From Frankiales bacterium (GTDB lineage Bacteria; Actinomycetota; Actinomycetes; JAWWOW01), in the NCBI GenBank assembly GCA_033851265.1, contig JAWWOW010000016.1, forward strand, positions 21,438 through 85,437: 64,000 bases of DNA. Direction: 5' to 3'. Both the position numbers and the translations under genes were made by a program. The number at the start of each line of letters is the position of its first letter. Positions within the stretch are counted from its first letter, which is position 1. This document shows, in pieces, positions 47,435 to 56,655 of the stretch. The notes under the pieces were generated by a model. The model made no database searches, was not told the DNA's origin, and saw only the letters and a program-made list of their open reading frames with translations.

Positions 47435-47746
47435 ATGCGTCGCCAGCTCACAGCCACGGCGATTCTCTCCGGGACAATCGTCGCCGGCTCACTCATCGGC
47501 ACGGGCGCCGCATTCGCCGATGACCCAAACACGTGCGACGCGTACTCAACGTCGTGCCCGCCATCCGTGCTACCAACTGTCATCACCAAGACGAACACGC
47601 CACCGGTGCAGGTCGAGGGCAACTCCTCGACGCTGCCGTTCACCGGCGGTGAGGTAGCCCTCATGTCGATCGCCGGTATCGGTGCCATCGGTGCGGGCAC
47701 CGCGTTCGTCGTCGCCGGTCGCCGTCGCAAGCACGCTTCGGTCTAA
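47435..47746 (+). CDS. very small LPXTG cell-wall-anchored protein
   Basis: 103 aa with a signal peptide ending AFA, then LPFTG + hydrophobic stretch + RRRK. Confidence 0.7.
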   Translation: MRRQLTATAILSGTIVAGSLIGTGAAFADDPNTCDAYSTSCPPSVLPTVITKTNTPPVQVEGNSSTLPFTGGEVALMSIAGIGAIGAGTAFVVAGRRRKHASV

Positions 47747-47807
47747 CCGCCCCGCTCCACCCTCGGCGCGCGCCCCCTCGCGCCGACAGTTCTCGGTTTA
47801 CTGAGCC

Positions 47808-49121
47808 GTGAGTTCACGCGATACCTCTTTCGTCGCGTCCAATTTGCCGTGGCATGCACCGCATGCGCGCGCAGCGCTCGATGCAGTCGTGCAGCTGCCT
47901 GGCTCGAAATCACAGACAAATCGGGCACTGGTTCTCGCGGCGCTGTCCGACGGTGCGTCGAACATCCGCCGCCCGCTTCGCTCGCGCGACACGACGCTCA
48001 TGGTCGACGGTCTCCGCAATCTCGGAATCGCCATCAGTGGGCAGCATGGGGACTGGGTGGTCACCGGGGGTGCACACACCGACTCCCCCACCGTGGTCGA
48101 CGTCGGCAATGCCGGCACGGTGGCCCGATTCCTGCCCCCGGTCGCAGCGTTCGCAACGGCAGCAGTGCAGTTCGACGGCGATCCTCGCATGCGCGCGCGA
48201 CCACTCGGCCCGCTCATCGCCGCTCTGCGCGACCTCGGCGTACGCCTCGACGACGACCGTCGCGACGCACTTCCGTTCACGGTCCACGGGACCGGCCGCA
48301 TCACCGGTGGCGCGGTTCGCGTCGATGCGTCGGCCTCGTCACAACTGGTCAGCGGCCTGCTGCTGACAGCACCGCGATACGACGTCGGCGTGGATCTCAC
48401 CCATGTCGGTGCCGCCGTCCCCAGCGCACCGCACATCCAGATGACCGTCGACATGCTGCGCCGTGCAGGTGCGACCGTCGATGTCGACGAGCATCGTTGG
48501 CGCGTCGCACCGAGCGAGCTGCATCCGCGGGAGTGGGTCATCGAACCGGACTTGTCGAGTGCCGCGCCGTTCGTGGCCGCGGCCGTTGTCACTGGTGGAT
48601 CCGTTCGGATTCCCGGCTGGCCAACGACGACCACCCAGCCCGGCGGACTCTTGCCGGACCTGCTTGCTGCAATGGGCGCGGCGTACGAACTGAATTCGGA
48701 CGGTCTCACCATCCGCGGCCCGGACACAATCAGTGGCATCGATGCGGATCTGCGCGCGTGCAGCGAGTTGGTACCTGTCATCGCCGCAGTGGCAGCGGTT
48801 GCGACGTCCCCCTCCCGGCTGCGCGGCATCGCGCACATGCGCCTGCAGGAGACCGACCGGCTAGCTGCTCTGGCCACGGAGATCGGCCGGCTGGGTGGCG
48901 ACGTGCGCGAGACCGAGGACGGGCTCGAAATCAGACCGCAACGCATGCACGGCGGCACGGTCAAGACGTACGACGACCATCGGATCGTCATGGCCGCGGC
49001 CGTGCTCGGCCTGGTCGTGCCGGGTGTGCAGGTCGAGAACGCCGAGACCGTGGCCAAGACACTGCCGGAATTCACCGACTTGTGGGCTGGGATGCTCGCC
49101 GTCCCGGGCGGTGAGAGCTGA
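47808..49121 (+). CDS. aroA: 3-phosphoshikimate 1-carboxyvinyltransferase (EPSP synthase)
   Basis: It has LPGSKSQTNRALVLAAL, and the length and pattern are typical of actinobacterial AroA. Confidence 0.9.
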   Translation: MSSRDTSFVASNLPWHAPHARAALDAVVQLPGSKSQTNRALVLAALSDGASNIRRPLRSRDTTLMVDGLRNLGIAISGQHGDWVVTGGAHTDSPTVVDVGNAGTVARFLPPVAAFATAAVQFDGDPRMRARPLGPLIAALRDLGVRLDDDRRDALPFTVHGTGRITGGAVRVDASASSQLVSGLLLTAPRYDVGVDLTHVGAAVPSAPHIQMTVDMLRRAGATVDVDEHRWRVAPSELHPREWVIEPDLSSAAPFVAAAVVTGGSVRIPGWPTTTTQPGGLLPDLLAAMGAAYELNSDGLTIRGPDTISGIDADLRACSELVPVIAAVAAVATSPSRLRGIAHMRLQETDRLAALATEIGRLGGDVRETEDGLEIRPQRMHGGTVKTYDDHRIVMAAAVLGLVVPGVQVENAETVAKTLPEFTDLWAGMLAVPGGES

Positions 49122-49156
49122 CCCGCCGCCGGGATCTCGACGAGGACGACGTCCGC

Positions 49157-50119
49157 GTGCGCGCGCGCGTTCGGTCCCGCGCCCGGACCCGCCAACGCCC
49201 GGAACACGACGAAGCCATCCCCGCTTTCGTCGTTGCGGTCGACCGGGGTCGCTACAGCTGCCGCACTCCGGACGGTCGAATCGTGACGGCGATGCGTGCG
49301 CGCGAACTCGGAAGACGTGCGGTCGTGGTCGGCGATAACGTGCGACTGGTCGGCGATGTTGGCGGCGGCACCGACGCCCTCGCCCGCATCGTGCGCGTGG
49401 ACGAACGCAAGTCGGTGTTACGTCGCACGGCCGATGACGACGACCCCGTCGAGCGCATCGTTGTGGCGAACGCCGACCAACTCGTGATCGTCACGGCACT
49501 GGCGGACCCGCCGCCGCGGCCGCGATTGATCGATCGCTGTCTCGTGGCGGCATTCGACGCTCACCTGGATCCCCTGCTGTGCCTCACAAAAGCAGACCTC
49601 GCCGACCCAGGGGAATTGCTCGCGGCCTACGCGCCCTTAGGTGTCTCTGCGGTAGTGACGAGCCGCGAACATCTCGACGACGACATCGCGACGCTGCGCG
49701 AGCGGCTGTCTGGGCGCATCAGTGTGATGGTTGGCCATTCGGGTGTGGGGAAGTCGACGTTGGTCAACCGTCTGGTGCCGGATGCGGATCGCGCTATCGG
49801 TGCGGTGAGCGATCTGACCGGGCGCGGACGACACACGTCGTCCTCTGCGGTCGCACTCGCGCTGCCTGGCGGTGGCTGGATCGTCGACACTCCAGGCATC
49901 CGGAGCTTCGGGCTCGCTCATGTAGCACCCGAAACGGTGCTTGCGGCATTTCCGGACCTGGCGCCGGCCGCCGCGGACTGTCCACCCGGCTGCACGCACG
50001 CAGTGGATGCCCCCGGATGCGCCCTGCCGGGCCATGTCGCGGCGGGGCATGCCGAACCTGCGCGCCTGGAGTCGTTGCGCCGCCTGCTCGCCGCCCGGGA
50101 CCGCACTGCTGACGACTGA
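49157..50119 (+). CDS. rsgA: ribosome small-subunit-dependent GTPase A
   Basis: Circularly permuted GTPase with GHSGVGKSTLVNRL and a C-terminal Cys cluster CPPGCTH...C. The start may lie further upstream, because the conserved DLDEDDVRV stretch is encoded before the GTG at 49157. Confidence 0.85.
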   Translation: MRARVRSRARTRQRPEHDEAIPAFVVAVDRGRYSCRTPDGRIVTAMRARELGRRAVVVGDNVRLVGDVGGGTDALARIVRVDERKSVLRRTADDDDPVERIVVANADQLVIVTALADPPPRPRLIDRCLVAAFDAHLDPLLCLTKADLADPGELLAAYAPLGVSAVVTSREHLDDDIATLRERLSGRISVMVGHSGVGKSTLVNRLVPDADRAIGAVSDLTGRGRHTSSSAVALALPGGGWIVDTPGIRSFGLAHVAPETVLAAFPDLAPAAADCPPGCTHAVDAPGCALPGHVAAGHAEPARLESLRRLLAARDRTADD

Positions 50120-50120
50120 C

Positions 50121-50663
50121 TCACACCTCGACCGTGCCGCCCGTACGCCAATAGACGCCCGCGTCGCGGGACAGCAAACCTTCATCAACCAGGTAACGCC
50201 GTAGCGCCGCGTAGTCGTCATGCAGATCGCCGATCATCGCGTTCACCTGCTTTTCGGTGTAGCGCTGACCGGGTTCGAACATCTTCGCGAGGTAGTCGAG
50301 GATCACCAGCCGCTTCGCGTGCTGCATCGGGATTGAGAGCAGCCGACCAGCACGGATGAACCGTTGGAGCACGGCGGCTTCTTCAGGAGTGGCAGCCGGG
50401 AAGTGACCGATCTGTGCGGCCGGTGCGGACGGCCGGGCGGCGGCGAACTGCTCGATCAGCAGCTGCCACGAGCCTGTGTCATCGCGGTCCACCAGCCCGC
50501 CTTGCTCGAGTCGCGCGAGCGCAGCGAGGACAGCGCGCCGCGGAAGTGTCGTCGCAGCGACAACGTCCGCCGTTGTCGACGCTCCGAGTACGAGCGCCGC
50601 CACCACGCGCAGCCGCTCGGACGAACTGAGCAGGCCGAGGATCTCGGCGGCGTCGGCAGACAC
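50121..50663 (-). CDS. HTH + DUF2087-like protein
   Basis: 180 aa with an N-terminal wHTH-like segment. The C-terminal YTEKQVNAMIGDLHDDYAALRRYLVDEGLL is typical of DUF2087 as I recall it. Confidence 0.55.
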   Translation of the reverse strand: MSADAAEILGLLSSSERLRVVAALVLGASTTADVVAATTLPRRAVLAALARLEQGGLVDRDDTGSWQLLIEQFAAARPSAPAAQIGHFPAATPEEAAVLQRFIRAGRLLSIPMQHAKRLVILDYLAKMFEPGQRYTEKQVNAMIGDLHDDYAALRRYLVDEGLLSRDAGVYWRTGGTVEV

Positions 50664-50689
50664 GCCCCCCAGTGTGCCCAGCCGGTGGC

Positions 50690-51787
50690 TCAGTCCGCTG
50701 CTGCGGCGATCGTCTCGTGGACCTCATCCGTACGTCGTTGCAGACCAACGCGTTCGGCGTCGATCTGCTCGGCGATGTCTTCGTCGCTGCGCATCAGCGC
50801 ATCGAGGTCGACGCCGGCCATGTCGAGGACGCCCATATCGGCGTAACACTTCTGGACCTTCTCGCCCCACAAGCCGATGTCCTTGACGCACGGCACGATC
50901 CTGCTGAACAGCAGGGAGCGGAACGCCTGCTGCAGCATCGAGTGCTCCGCCACCTCGAGGCACTCATCGATCGGAAGCCCGAGGTTGCTATAGACATCGC
51001 GGGCGAGGAACCGGTTGCGCATCAACCAGCAGCCTTCGACGACGAAGTCCTCGCGCTCTGCACGCTCCTTCGACGTCAACTCGCGGTATTGATCACGCAG
51101 CGCGATGCGTCCGAAGGCAACGTGGCGTGCTTCGTCCTGCATGACGTACGCGAGCAGTTGTTTGGCCAGTGGGTTGGTCGCAATGTCGCGGTAGACGCCG
51201 AACGCAGCAAGAGCGAGGCCCTCGATGAGCACCTGCATGCCGAGGTATGCGTAATCCCACTCGCTGCTGCCCAACGCGTCGGACAGCAACGAACCGAGGT
51301 CGTCGTTCATCGGGTAGACGACGCCAATCTTCTCCTGCAGGAAGCGGCTGAACGTCTCGACGTGTCGTGCCTCGTCCATCGTCTGCGTGGCGGCGTAGAA
51401 CTTCGCGTCGATGTCGGGCACCGCCTCGACAAGCCGCGCGGATGTGATCATCGCGCCCTGCTCACCGTGCAAGAACTGACTGAACGTCCACGCGTTGATG
51501 TGCTGGAGCAGCGTGTCCTGCTCCTTTTCGTTCATTCGGGCCCAGATGTCACTGCCGTGAAAAGCGTTGTACTCGTCCGGAAATCCGGCCGGGTTGATCG
51601 GATCGACTTCGATCGACCAGTCGATGCGCTTGGTCGAGTCCCACTGCTTGTCCTTGCCCTTCTGGTAGAGCGCAAGCAGCTTGTCGCGTCCGTCGTCGTA
51701 CTCCCAGTTGAACCTCGCGCTGCCAGCCATGGGGACATCCCACGTCTCGCGCGATGCGGGAAAGGCGTACTTGTCGTAAGTGCTCAT
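50690..51787 (-). CDS. ferritin-like di-iron carboxylate protein (AurF/desaturase-like)
   Basis: 365 aa with paired ExxH motifs (MDEARHVETF and QDEARHVAFG) plus upstream Glu residues. It is co-transcribed with a TetR gene (ATGA overlap). Confidence 0.6.
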   Translation of the reverse strand: MSTYDKYAFPASRETWDVPMAGSARFNWEYDDGRDKLLALYQKGKDKQWDSTKRIDWSIEVDPINPAGFPDEYNAFHGSDIWARMNEKEQDTLLQHINAWTFSQFLHGEQGAMITSARLVEAVPDIDAKFYAATQTMDEARHVETFSRFLQEKIGVVYPMNDDLGSLLSDALGSSEWDYAYLGMQVLIEGLALAAFGVYRDIATNPLAKQLLAYVMQDEARHVAFGRIALRDQYRELTSKERAEREDFVVEGCWLMRNRFLARDVYSNLGLPIDECLEVAEHSMLQQAFRSLLFSRIVPCVKDIGLWGEKVQKCYADMGVLDMAGVDLDALMRSDEDIAEQIDAERVGLQRRTDEVHETIAAAAD

Positions 51788-52368
51788 GGCGTTCTCCGTT
51801 GCTCAGGGGCGAGGAGCTTGTCGACGAGGTGGGCGACCCGCGCAGATACGAGTTCGACCGCATCAGCGGGCAGGAACAGATACGAGATGGTCAGGCGTAC
51901 GACGACGTCGGCGGCGAGGTCGCTCTCCGTCGGCTCGAGATCGGGCCAGTCAGCGTGTAGCCGGGTCGAGATGCGTGCGCGTGCCGCATCGAACAGCGGC
52001 TCGGCACGGGTGGTGAGGAAGGGCAGCAAGCCACCGGCGTCGGTGTCGTCGGTCAGAACCGCCTTGACGAGTGGGTTGTCGGCGGCAAGTCGCAAGGTCG
52101 TGGCAACGGCGACGCCGACGGCTTCCGCCGGTGTGCCCGTGTGGCCTGTGAGCGCGGCGTCGACGGCGTCGAGGAACCGGCCCGCCTCGCGCATGGCCAG
52201 TGCCTCGGCCAACGCGTCCTTGCTGCCGAACTCGTTGTACAACGTCTGCCGGGAGACGCCCGCGGCGTTCGCCACGTCGAGCATCCGGGCCTTCGGCCAC
52301 CCGCCCGCTACGACCGCGTCGTATGCCGCGTCGAGCAGCGCATCCCGGGTGGTGGCCATAGCAGCCAT
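51784..52368 (-). CDS. TetR/AcrR family transcriptional regulator
   Basis: N-terminal HTH MLDVANAAGVSRQTLYNEFGSKDAL. Confidence 0.85.
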   Translation of the reverse strand: MAAMATTRDALLDAAYDAVVAGGWPKARMLDVANAAGVSRQTLYNEFGSKDALAEALAMREAGRFLDAVDAALTGHTGTPAEAVGVAVATTLRLAADNPLVKAVLTDDTDAGGLLPFLTTRAEPLFDAARARISTRLHADWPDLEPTESDLAADVVVRLTISYLFLPADAVELVSARVAHLVDKLLAPEQRRTP

Positions 52369-52373
52369 GGTTT

Positions 52374-52392
52374 ACACGAATACCCTTCGTGT
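52374..52392. promoter_or_regulatory. inverted repeat ACACGAA-taccc-TTCGTGT directly upstream of the TetR gene (candidate operator)
   Basis: Read directly. It lies 6 nt upstream of the TetR ATG, in the 53-bp divergent region shared with hisN. Confidence 0.4.
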
Positions 52393-52421
52393 CAAGTACC
52401 TGCGGCCGTTAACCTCGCGCG

Positions 52422-53201
52422 GTGACCGATCCGGACCTCGATCTGGCGCTGCGCCTCGCTGACGCGGCGGATGCGATCACGCTGGGACGGTTCCGGGCGG
52501 CCGACCTCATGGTGACGGACAAGCCCGACCTCACCCCGGTCAGCGACGCCGACCGATCCGTCGAGTCGAGGATCCGAGAACTGCTGGCGGAGTTGCACCC
52601 GGGTGACGCCGTTGTCGGCGAGGAGTACGGCGAGACCGGTGACGCACCACGCCGCTGGATCATCGACCCAATCGACGGGACGAAGAACTTCGTTCGTGGC
52701 CACCCGGTGTGGGCGACCTTGCTCGCATTGCAGGTTGACGGCGAGGGCGACGTCGGCGTCGTGTCGGCGCCTGCTCTCGGACGTCGCTGGTGGGCACGTC
52801 GTGGTGAAGGCACCTGGACCCGTGACGTTGGAGGCGACACGCGCGCCTGCTCAGTGTCACGCGTCGGCGCACTCGACCACGCTTTCTTCGTCTACTCCGG
52901 TCTGAATGGCTGGGGCGCGCGGGAGCCGAACTTCCGACGGCTCACCGAATCGGTCTGGCGCACGCGCGGGTTCGGTGATTTCTGGACGTACACGATGGTC
53001 GCCGAAGGCATTGCAGACATCGCCGCCGAACCCGAGGTGTCGCTGTGGGACCTCGCCGCCGTTCAGGTAATCGTGGAAGAAGCGGGCGGGACGTTCAGCG
53101 ACGTCTCCGGCGCGAAGGGGCCTGATGGTGGGAGCGCTATTGCAACGAACGGCCTGCTGCACTCCGCCGCGCTCGGCGTACTGAACGAACCCGCGCGGTG
53201 A
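52422..53201 (+). CDS. hisN: histidinol-phosphatase, inositol monophosphatase family
   Basis: It has GEEYGETG and WIIDPIDGTKNF, and its size and pattern match actinobacterial HisN. Confidence 0.8.
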   Translation: MTDPDLDLALRLADAADAITLGRFRAADLMVTDKPDLTPVSDADRSVESRIRELLAELHPGDAVVGEEYGETGDAPRRWIIDPIDGTKNFVRGHPVWATLLALQVDGEGDVGVVSAPALGRRWWARRGEGTWTRDVGGDTRACSVSRVGALDHAFFVYSGLNGWGAREPNFRRLTESVWRTRGFGDFWTYTMVAEGIADIAAEPEVSLWDLAAVQVIVEEAGGTFSDVSGAKGPDGGSAIATNGLLHSAALGVLNEPAR

Positions 53202-53979
53202 TCCACGGGGCCGCGAATAACGCGGCAGCGTCGAAGAATCCGTAGCCGCCGGCGGCACCGCTCGGCGGATTGCCGATCGCCACGAGTCCGGTCGGATCGT
53301 GCAAGCTCCACGTCCATGTGCCGAGGGCGGTGCCGAGCAGCTCGAGGTAAGTCACCACGAAAAACGCGCCGACGAAAACGAGCGGTGCCGGCGAGCGACG
53401 CATCCACAACGCGAGGCAGCAGAACCAGAGAAAGCCGAGCAGGTCGGGCCGACTTGATACGAACAGGCCCCACGCCGCGTAGGAGCCCGCGACAGTGATC
53501 GTCCCCGGAATGACCCATCGTCGACCGGCTATCAGCAGGGGCGACCGGCCCAGGGCGAGCGCCGCGAGGTAGACCAGGCCGTGTCCGGGTGGGACGTACA
53601 CCGGCACTTGGTGGAGGCGATACGTGTAGACGCCGAGGCCGGACGAGAAGGTGTATTCGATGGCTGTCGCAAAGGCGACGACGACGATGACCTGCGCCCT
53701 GGTGGTCCCATTCTCGCGCCAGAGCAACGCGATGAGGAGCCCAGCGGTCACGGCTCCCAGCCAGAGCTGACGTCCGGTGCCCGCGTTGTCGAGCGGGAGG
53801 ACGACGCCGACCCACACGACGACGGTGCAGGCCAAAGCCAGATCCCGCCGGGAAGCCCGGACGAGTGCGCGGAGCGGCGAGCGCTCGGCGACCGGGAGGG
53901 CGCGGGGAGCATCGGCGACCGGGAGGGCGCGGGGGGAATCGGCGACCGGGAGGCGAGGGGTATCGGCCTGGGCGGTCAC
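53137..53979 (-). CDS. hypothetical polytopic membrane protein with repeat-containing N-terminus
   Basis: 280 aa with about 7 hydrophobic segments. The N-terminus carries PR(A/L)LPVAD x3. The 3' end overlaps hisN by 65 nt (convergent). Confidence 0.6.
   Translation of the reverse strand: MTAQADTPRLPVADSPRALPVADAPRALPVAERSPLRALVRASRRDLALACTVVVWVGVVLPLDNAGTGRQLWLGAVTAGLLIALLWRENGTTRAQVIVVVAFATAIEYTFSSGLGVYTYRLHQVPVYVPPGHGLVYLAALALGRSPLLIAGRRWVIPGTITVAGSYAAWGLFVSSRPDLLGFLWFCCLALWMRRSPAPLVFVGAFFVVTYLELLGTALGTWTWSLHDPTGLVAIGNPPSGAAGGYGFFDAAALFAAPWITARVRSVRRARRSAAGRSLQ
53885..53965. repeat. three tandem copies of a 27-bp unit (TCGGCGACCGGGAGGGCGCGGGGAGCA and variants)
   Basis: Read directly. The copies are in frame (9 codons each) within the 5' end of the membrane-protein gene, and the third copy has diverged. 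Confidence 0.85.
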
Positions 53980-54068
53980 CCGCCCATCCTGCCAACGCTG
54001 GTCGAGATGGTCGACGTACTGGTATCAAGCGTGGCAGGCTCGCTCGTTAACGATCACAGGAGGTCGCG

Positions 54069-54461
54069 GTGCTGGTGCGGGACGGGATGAGCACGGTGGT
54101 CCTGAGCATCGGGCCGGCGCACACCTTGCGGGAGGCCGCTCGAGCCATGTCGGAGCGCAAGGTCGGTGCAGCCGTCGTTGTCGATGCGGACGTAGGCGTG
54201 GGCATCATCACCGAGCGGGACGTCCTGAACGCCGTCGGCAAGGGTCTGGACCCTGACCGTGAGGTGGCAGCGGCGCACCTGACCAGCGACCTCGTGTTCG
54301 CGTCCCCAGATTGGACGTTGGACGACGCGGCGAGCGCGATGGTTCGCGGCGGGTTCCGCCACTTGGTCGTCATGGAGGAAGACGACGTTGTCGGCATGCT
54401 CTCGGTCCGCGACATCGTCAAATGCTGGACGACCGAAGCAGCCGAAGCCGCCAGCAGCTGA
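54069..54461 (+). CDS. CBS-domain pair protein
   Basis: 130 aa with two CBS-like repeats (VGAAVVVD...GIITERDV and RHLVVMEEDDVVGMLSVRDI). An AGGAGG RBS lies 5 nt upstream of the GTG. Confidence 0.8.
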   Translation: MLVRDGMSTVVLSIGPAHTLREAARAMSERKVGAAVVVDADVGVGIITERDVLNAVGKGLDPDREVAAAHLTSDLVFASPDWTLDDAASAMVRGGFRHLVVMEEDDVVGMLSVRDIVKCWTTEAAEAASS

Positions 54462-54482
54462 GCTAAAAACAGCGACCCGGGG

Positions 54483-56567
54483 TTAGTACGGCTTCGCTGT
54501 CGCCACGAGTTTCGCATCCACGTTGTAGGCGTACTCGCGGGTGACGTTGCGCGGGGCCGACATCGGCACCGAGAAGCGCCACTGCTGACCGTCGACCTCG
54601 TCGACCGACTTGGGGCCGAAGAGGTTGTCGCTGTCCTGCGTGACGAAGAAATGCAAACCGTGTTGGCCGATGGCGCCTTGGAACGGCATGCGCTTCCAGG
54701 CAGGGGTTGACGCCGGCGCCGTCGGGTTGCAGGTCAAGTCGCTGTAGGTCAGCGTGCTGGGCGCTCCATGCGCCTTCCAGTAGTCGACGTACCCGTCCTT
54801 CACCCGTTGGTCGGTGAACGGCTCGCCCGGCCACGGCCGTTGCACGGGCGCATCACCGGTGCCGTCATCGATGCACGCGTCGTCGCGGTAATACGGGACT
54901 GCGGCCGCGTTCCCCGCAGCGATTGTCGGACTCGTCAGCTCGAACACATAGACAAGGCCGCCATTCGGACCAGCAACCTCTTCGGGGCGGTTCACTGCGG
55001 AGCACACGTCAAATGTCGGGTCGCACGTGTCGAAGAACGCCGGGTCGTTGGAACCCGGCAACGAGTCGATGTTCCCGACGTCGTCGTTGACCCCGTCGAT
55101 GTTCACGCCATCCCGATTCGTCGGGTTGTAGTACTTGGTCACCGCACCGGGGTTGTAGTCCCAGGACGTGTACAGCCCGTCCGGCGGGATCGGGTGCACG
55201 CGGACGTGGTAGGAGAACACGTCCGCATCGCGGTAGTACGTCTCCGTCTTGGTCACGTTCGTCCCAGAGTCGGCGCCCCAGATCTCCCGCATCGCACGCA
55301 CCGGGCCAGCCCGCCAACCAAGAAGCGCCGAGTTGCCTTCCCAGTTCACCTGCTCGTCCTCGAATCCGACGACAGAAACGGTGGAGTCAGGGCTTTGCTG
55401 GAACGCGCGGCCCTTCCAGCGGGCGATGAGATCTGGCCCGTACTGGCGCTCGGTCTTGGGTCGCGTCACTGCCAACGACCGAACCATCCAGCGGCCGGTG
55501 GCCGACAGCGTGTACGTCGGGGTGCTCACGGTCATTCCGTCGCGCGGGAAGCGGTCGGTCGACGGCCGCGACTGGCCGTCCGACGCGGTGATGGGCGGAT
55601 TGGCGTCATTGCTGGGCGATGTCCTGCAAACGGTGCCGGGGATGTTGAAGCCGTAGCCGGTGTTGCTGGTGCCGACCTTCTCGGTGTCGGCGGGGCCGTA
55701 GGAGTATCGATCGATCCACTCGTCTGCGTCGGCAGCGCGCTTCATTGTCACGTAGGGCGAATTGGCTGCGGTGTACGTCGAACCACCGGGCTTGAGGAAC
55801 AGATACATGTAACGCGTCGCAGCAGGCTGCAACGGGTCGCGCAGGGTGACGACCTGCCCGCTTGTCGCATTTGCAGGCGCGGGTACACCGGCCGGTGCTT
55901 TGGTCGCACCTGCATCGCGCGCCATGAACGTGATCTCGTCATCATCGTCGAGCGTCGGCACCGGGTCCTGCATCGCACGCAAGAAGCTGTCCGGAGTCTC
56001 GCCCGGGCCGAGGGCCGCCACTCCTGATGCAAGCGCTGCGTTGACCTCAGCGATCGAGTTCGCGTAGCGGGCCGAGCAGTCCCCGAAGACCTTCTTCCAC
56101 GCTTCTTCGCCGACCGCATGCTGGTCAGGGGCCCACGCGTAGGTCAGCTCTTCGTCCGTTCCGGAGTACGTGGAGAAGTCCGAGCGCCCGTTGGCGAGGA
56201 AGTTGGGGAACCGCTGGTCGACCTGCACGGGTGCTTCCACCCACTTGCCGCCAACCCAGCGGTATGCCGCGATCTGGTCGGGCGACACGCCTGCGCGACT
56301 GTCCGGGGGCACGACCAGGCGACCGTTGTGGGCGGTGCGTTTGGCATCGCCCGTGGTCTTGGCGCCAGACGGGTAGGGCTCGGCGAGCCCCTGGGCGGCC
56401 AGCCGGGACCAGGTGGGCAGCGACGCTCCGGTCAGCACGACGGGGGCTGCGTCGCGGGCAACCCCGAATGGGGTCCCGACCGGACCGGGGGCCGACCCGG
56501 CGAGCGCGACGGTCGACGGCAGCAGCACGGCTACGGCTACGGTGACGTGGCCGGCGAGTCGGCGCAT
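54483..56567 (-). CDS. large secreted protein of unknown function
   Basis: 694 aa with an N-terminal signal peptide (AVAVLLPSTVALA) and good coding bias. I see no recognisable catalytic motif. Confidence 0.6.
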   Translation of the reverse strand: MRRLAGHVTVAVAVLLPSTVALAGSAPGPVGTPFGVARDAAPVVLTGASLPTWSRLAAQGLAEPYPSGAKTTGDAKRTAHNGRLVVPPDSRAGVSPDQIAAYRWVGGKWVEAPVQVDQRFPNFLANGRSDFSTYSGTDEELTYAWAPDQHAVGEEAWKKVFGDCSARYANSIAEVNAALASGVAALGPGETPDSFLRAMQDPVPTLDDDDEITFMARDAGATKAPAGVPAPANATSGQVVTLRDPLQPAATRYMYLFLKPGGSTYTAANSPYVTMKRAADADEWIDRYSYGPADTEKVGTSNTGYGFNIPGTVCRTSPSNDANPPITASDGQSRPSTDRFPRDGMTVSTPTYTLSATGRWMVRSLAVTRPKTERQYGPDLIARWKGRAFQQSPDSTVSVVGFEDEQVNWEGNSALLGWRAGPVRAMREIWGADSGTNVTKTETYYRDADVFSYHVRVHPIPPDGLYTSWDYNPGAVTKYYNPTNRDGVNIDGVNDDVGNIDSLPGSNDPAFFDTCDPTFDVCSAVNRPEEVAGPNGGLVYVFELTSPTIAAGNAAAVPYYRDDACIDDGTGDAPVQRPWPGEPFTDQRVKDGYVDYWKAHGAPSTLTYSDLTCNPTAPASTPAWKRMPFQGAIGQHGLHFFVTQDSDNLFGPKSVDEVDGQQWRFSVPMSAPRNVTREYAYNVDAKLVATAKPY

Positions 56568-56601
56568 GCAGAGGCTCCCTGATGGGGGTGGATGGGAGAG
56601 G

Positions 56602-56624
56602 GTTTCGACGCGGTAAGTCGAAAC
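56602..56624. promoter_or_regulatory. perfect palindrome GTTTCGAC-gcggtaa-GTCGAAAC in divergent intergenic region
   Basis: Read directly. It lies between the starts of the 694-aa secreted-protein gene and the DUF2156 gene. Confidence 0.3.
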
Positions 56625-56655
56625 TCCTCCGACTAGCGGCCCTGACGGGCGAGGG

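Noticed and set aside
47798-49207. A 469-aa minus-strand ORF and a 421-aa alternative plus-frame ORF over aroA.
   Set aside because: aroA in its own frame carries the EPSP synthase signature. The other frames are Arg/Ser/Pro-rich artefacts.
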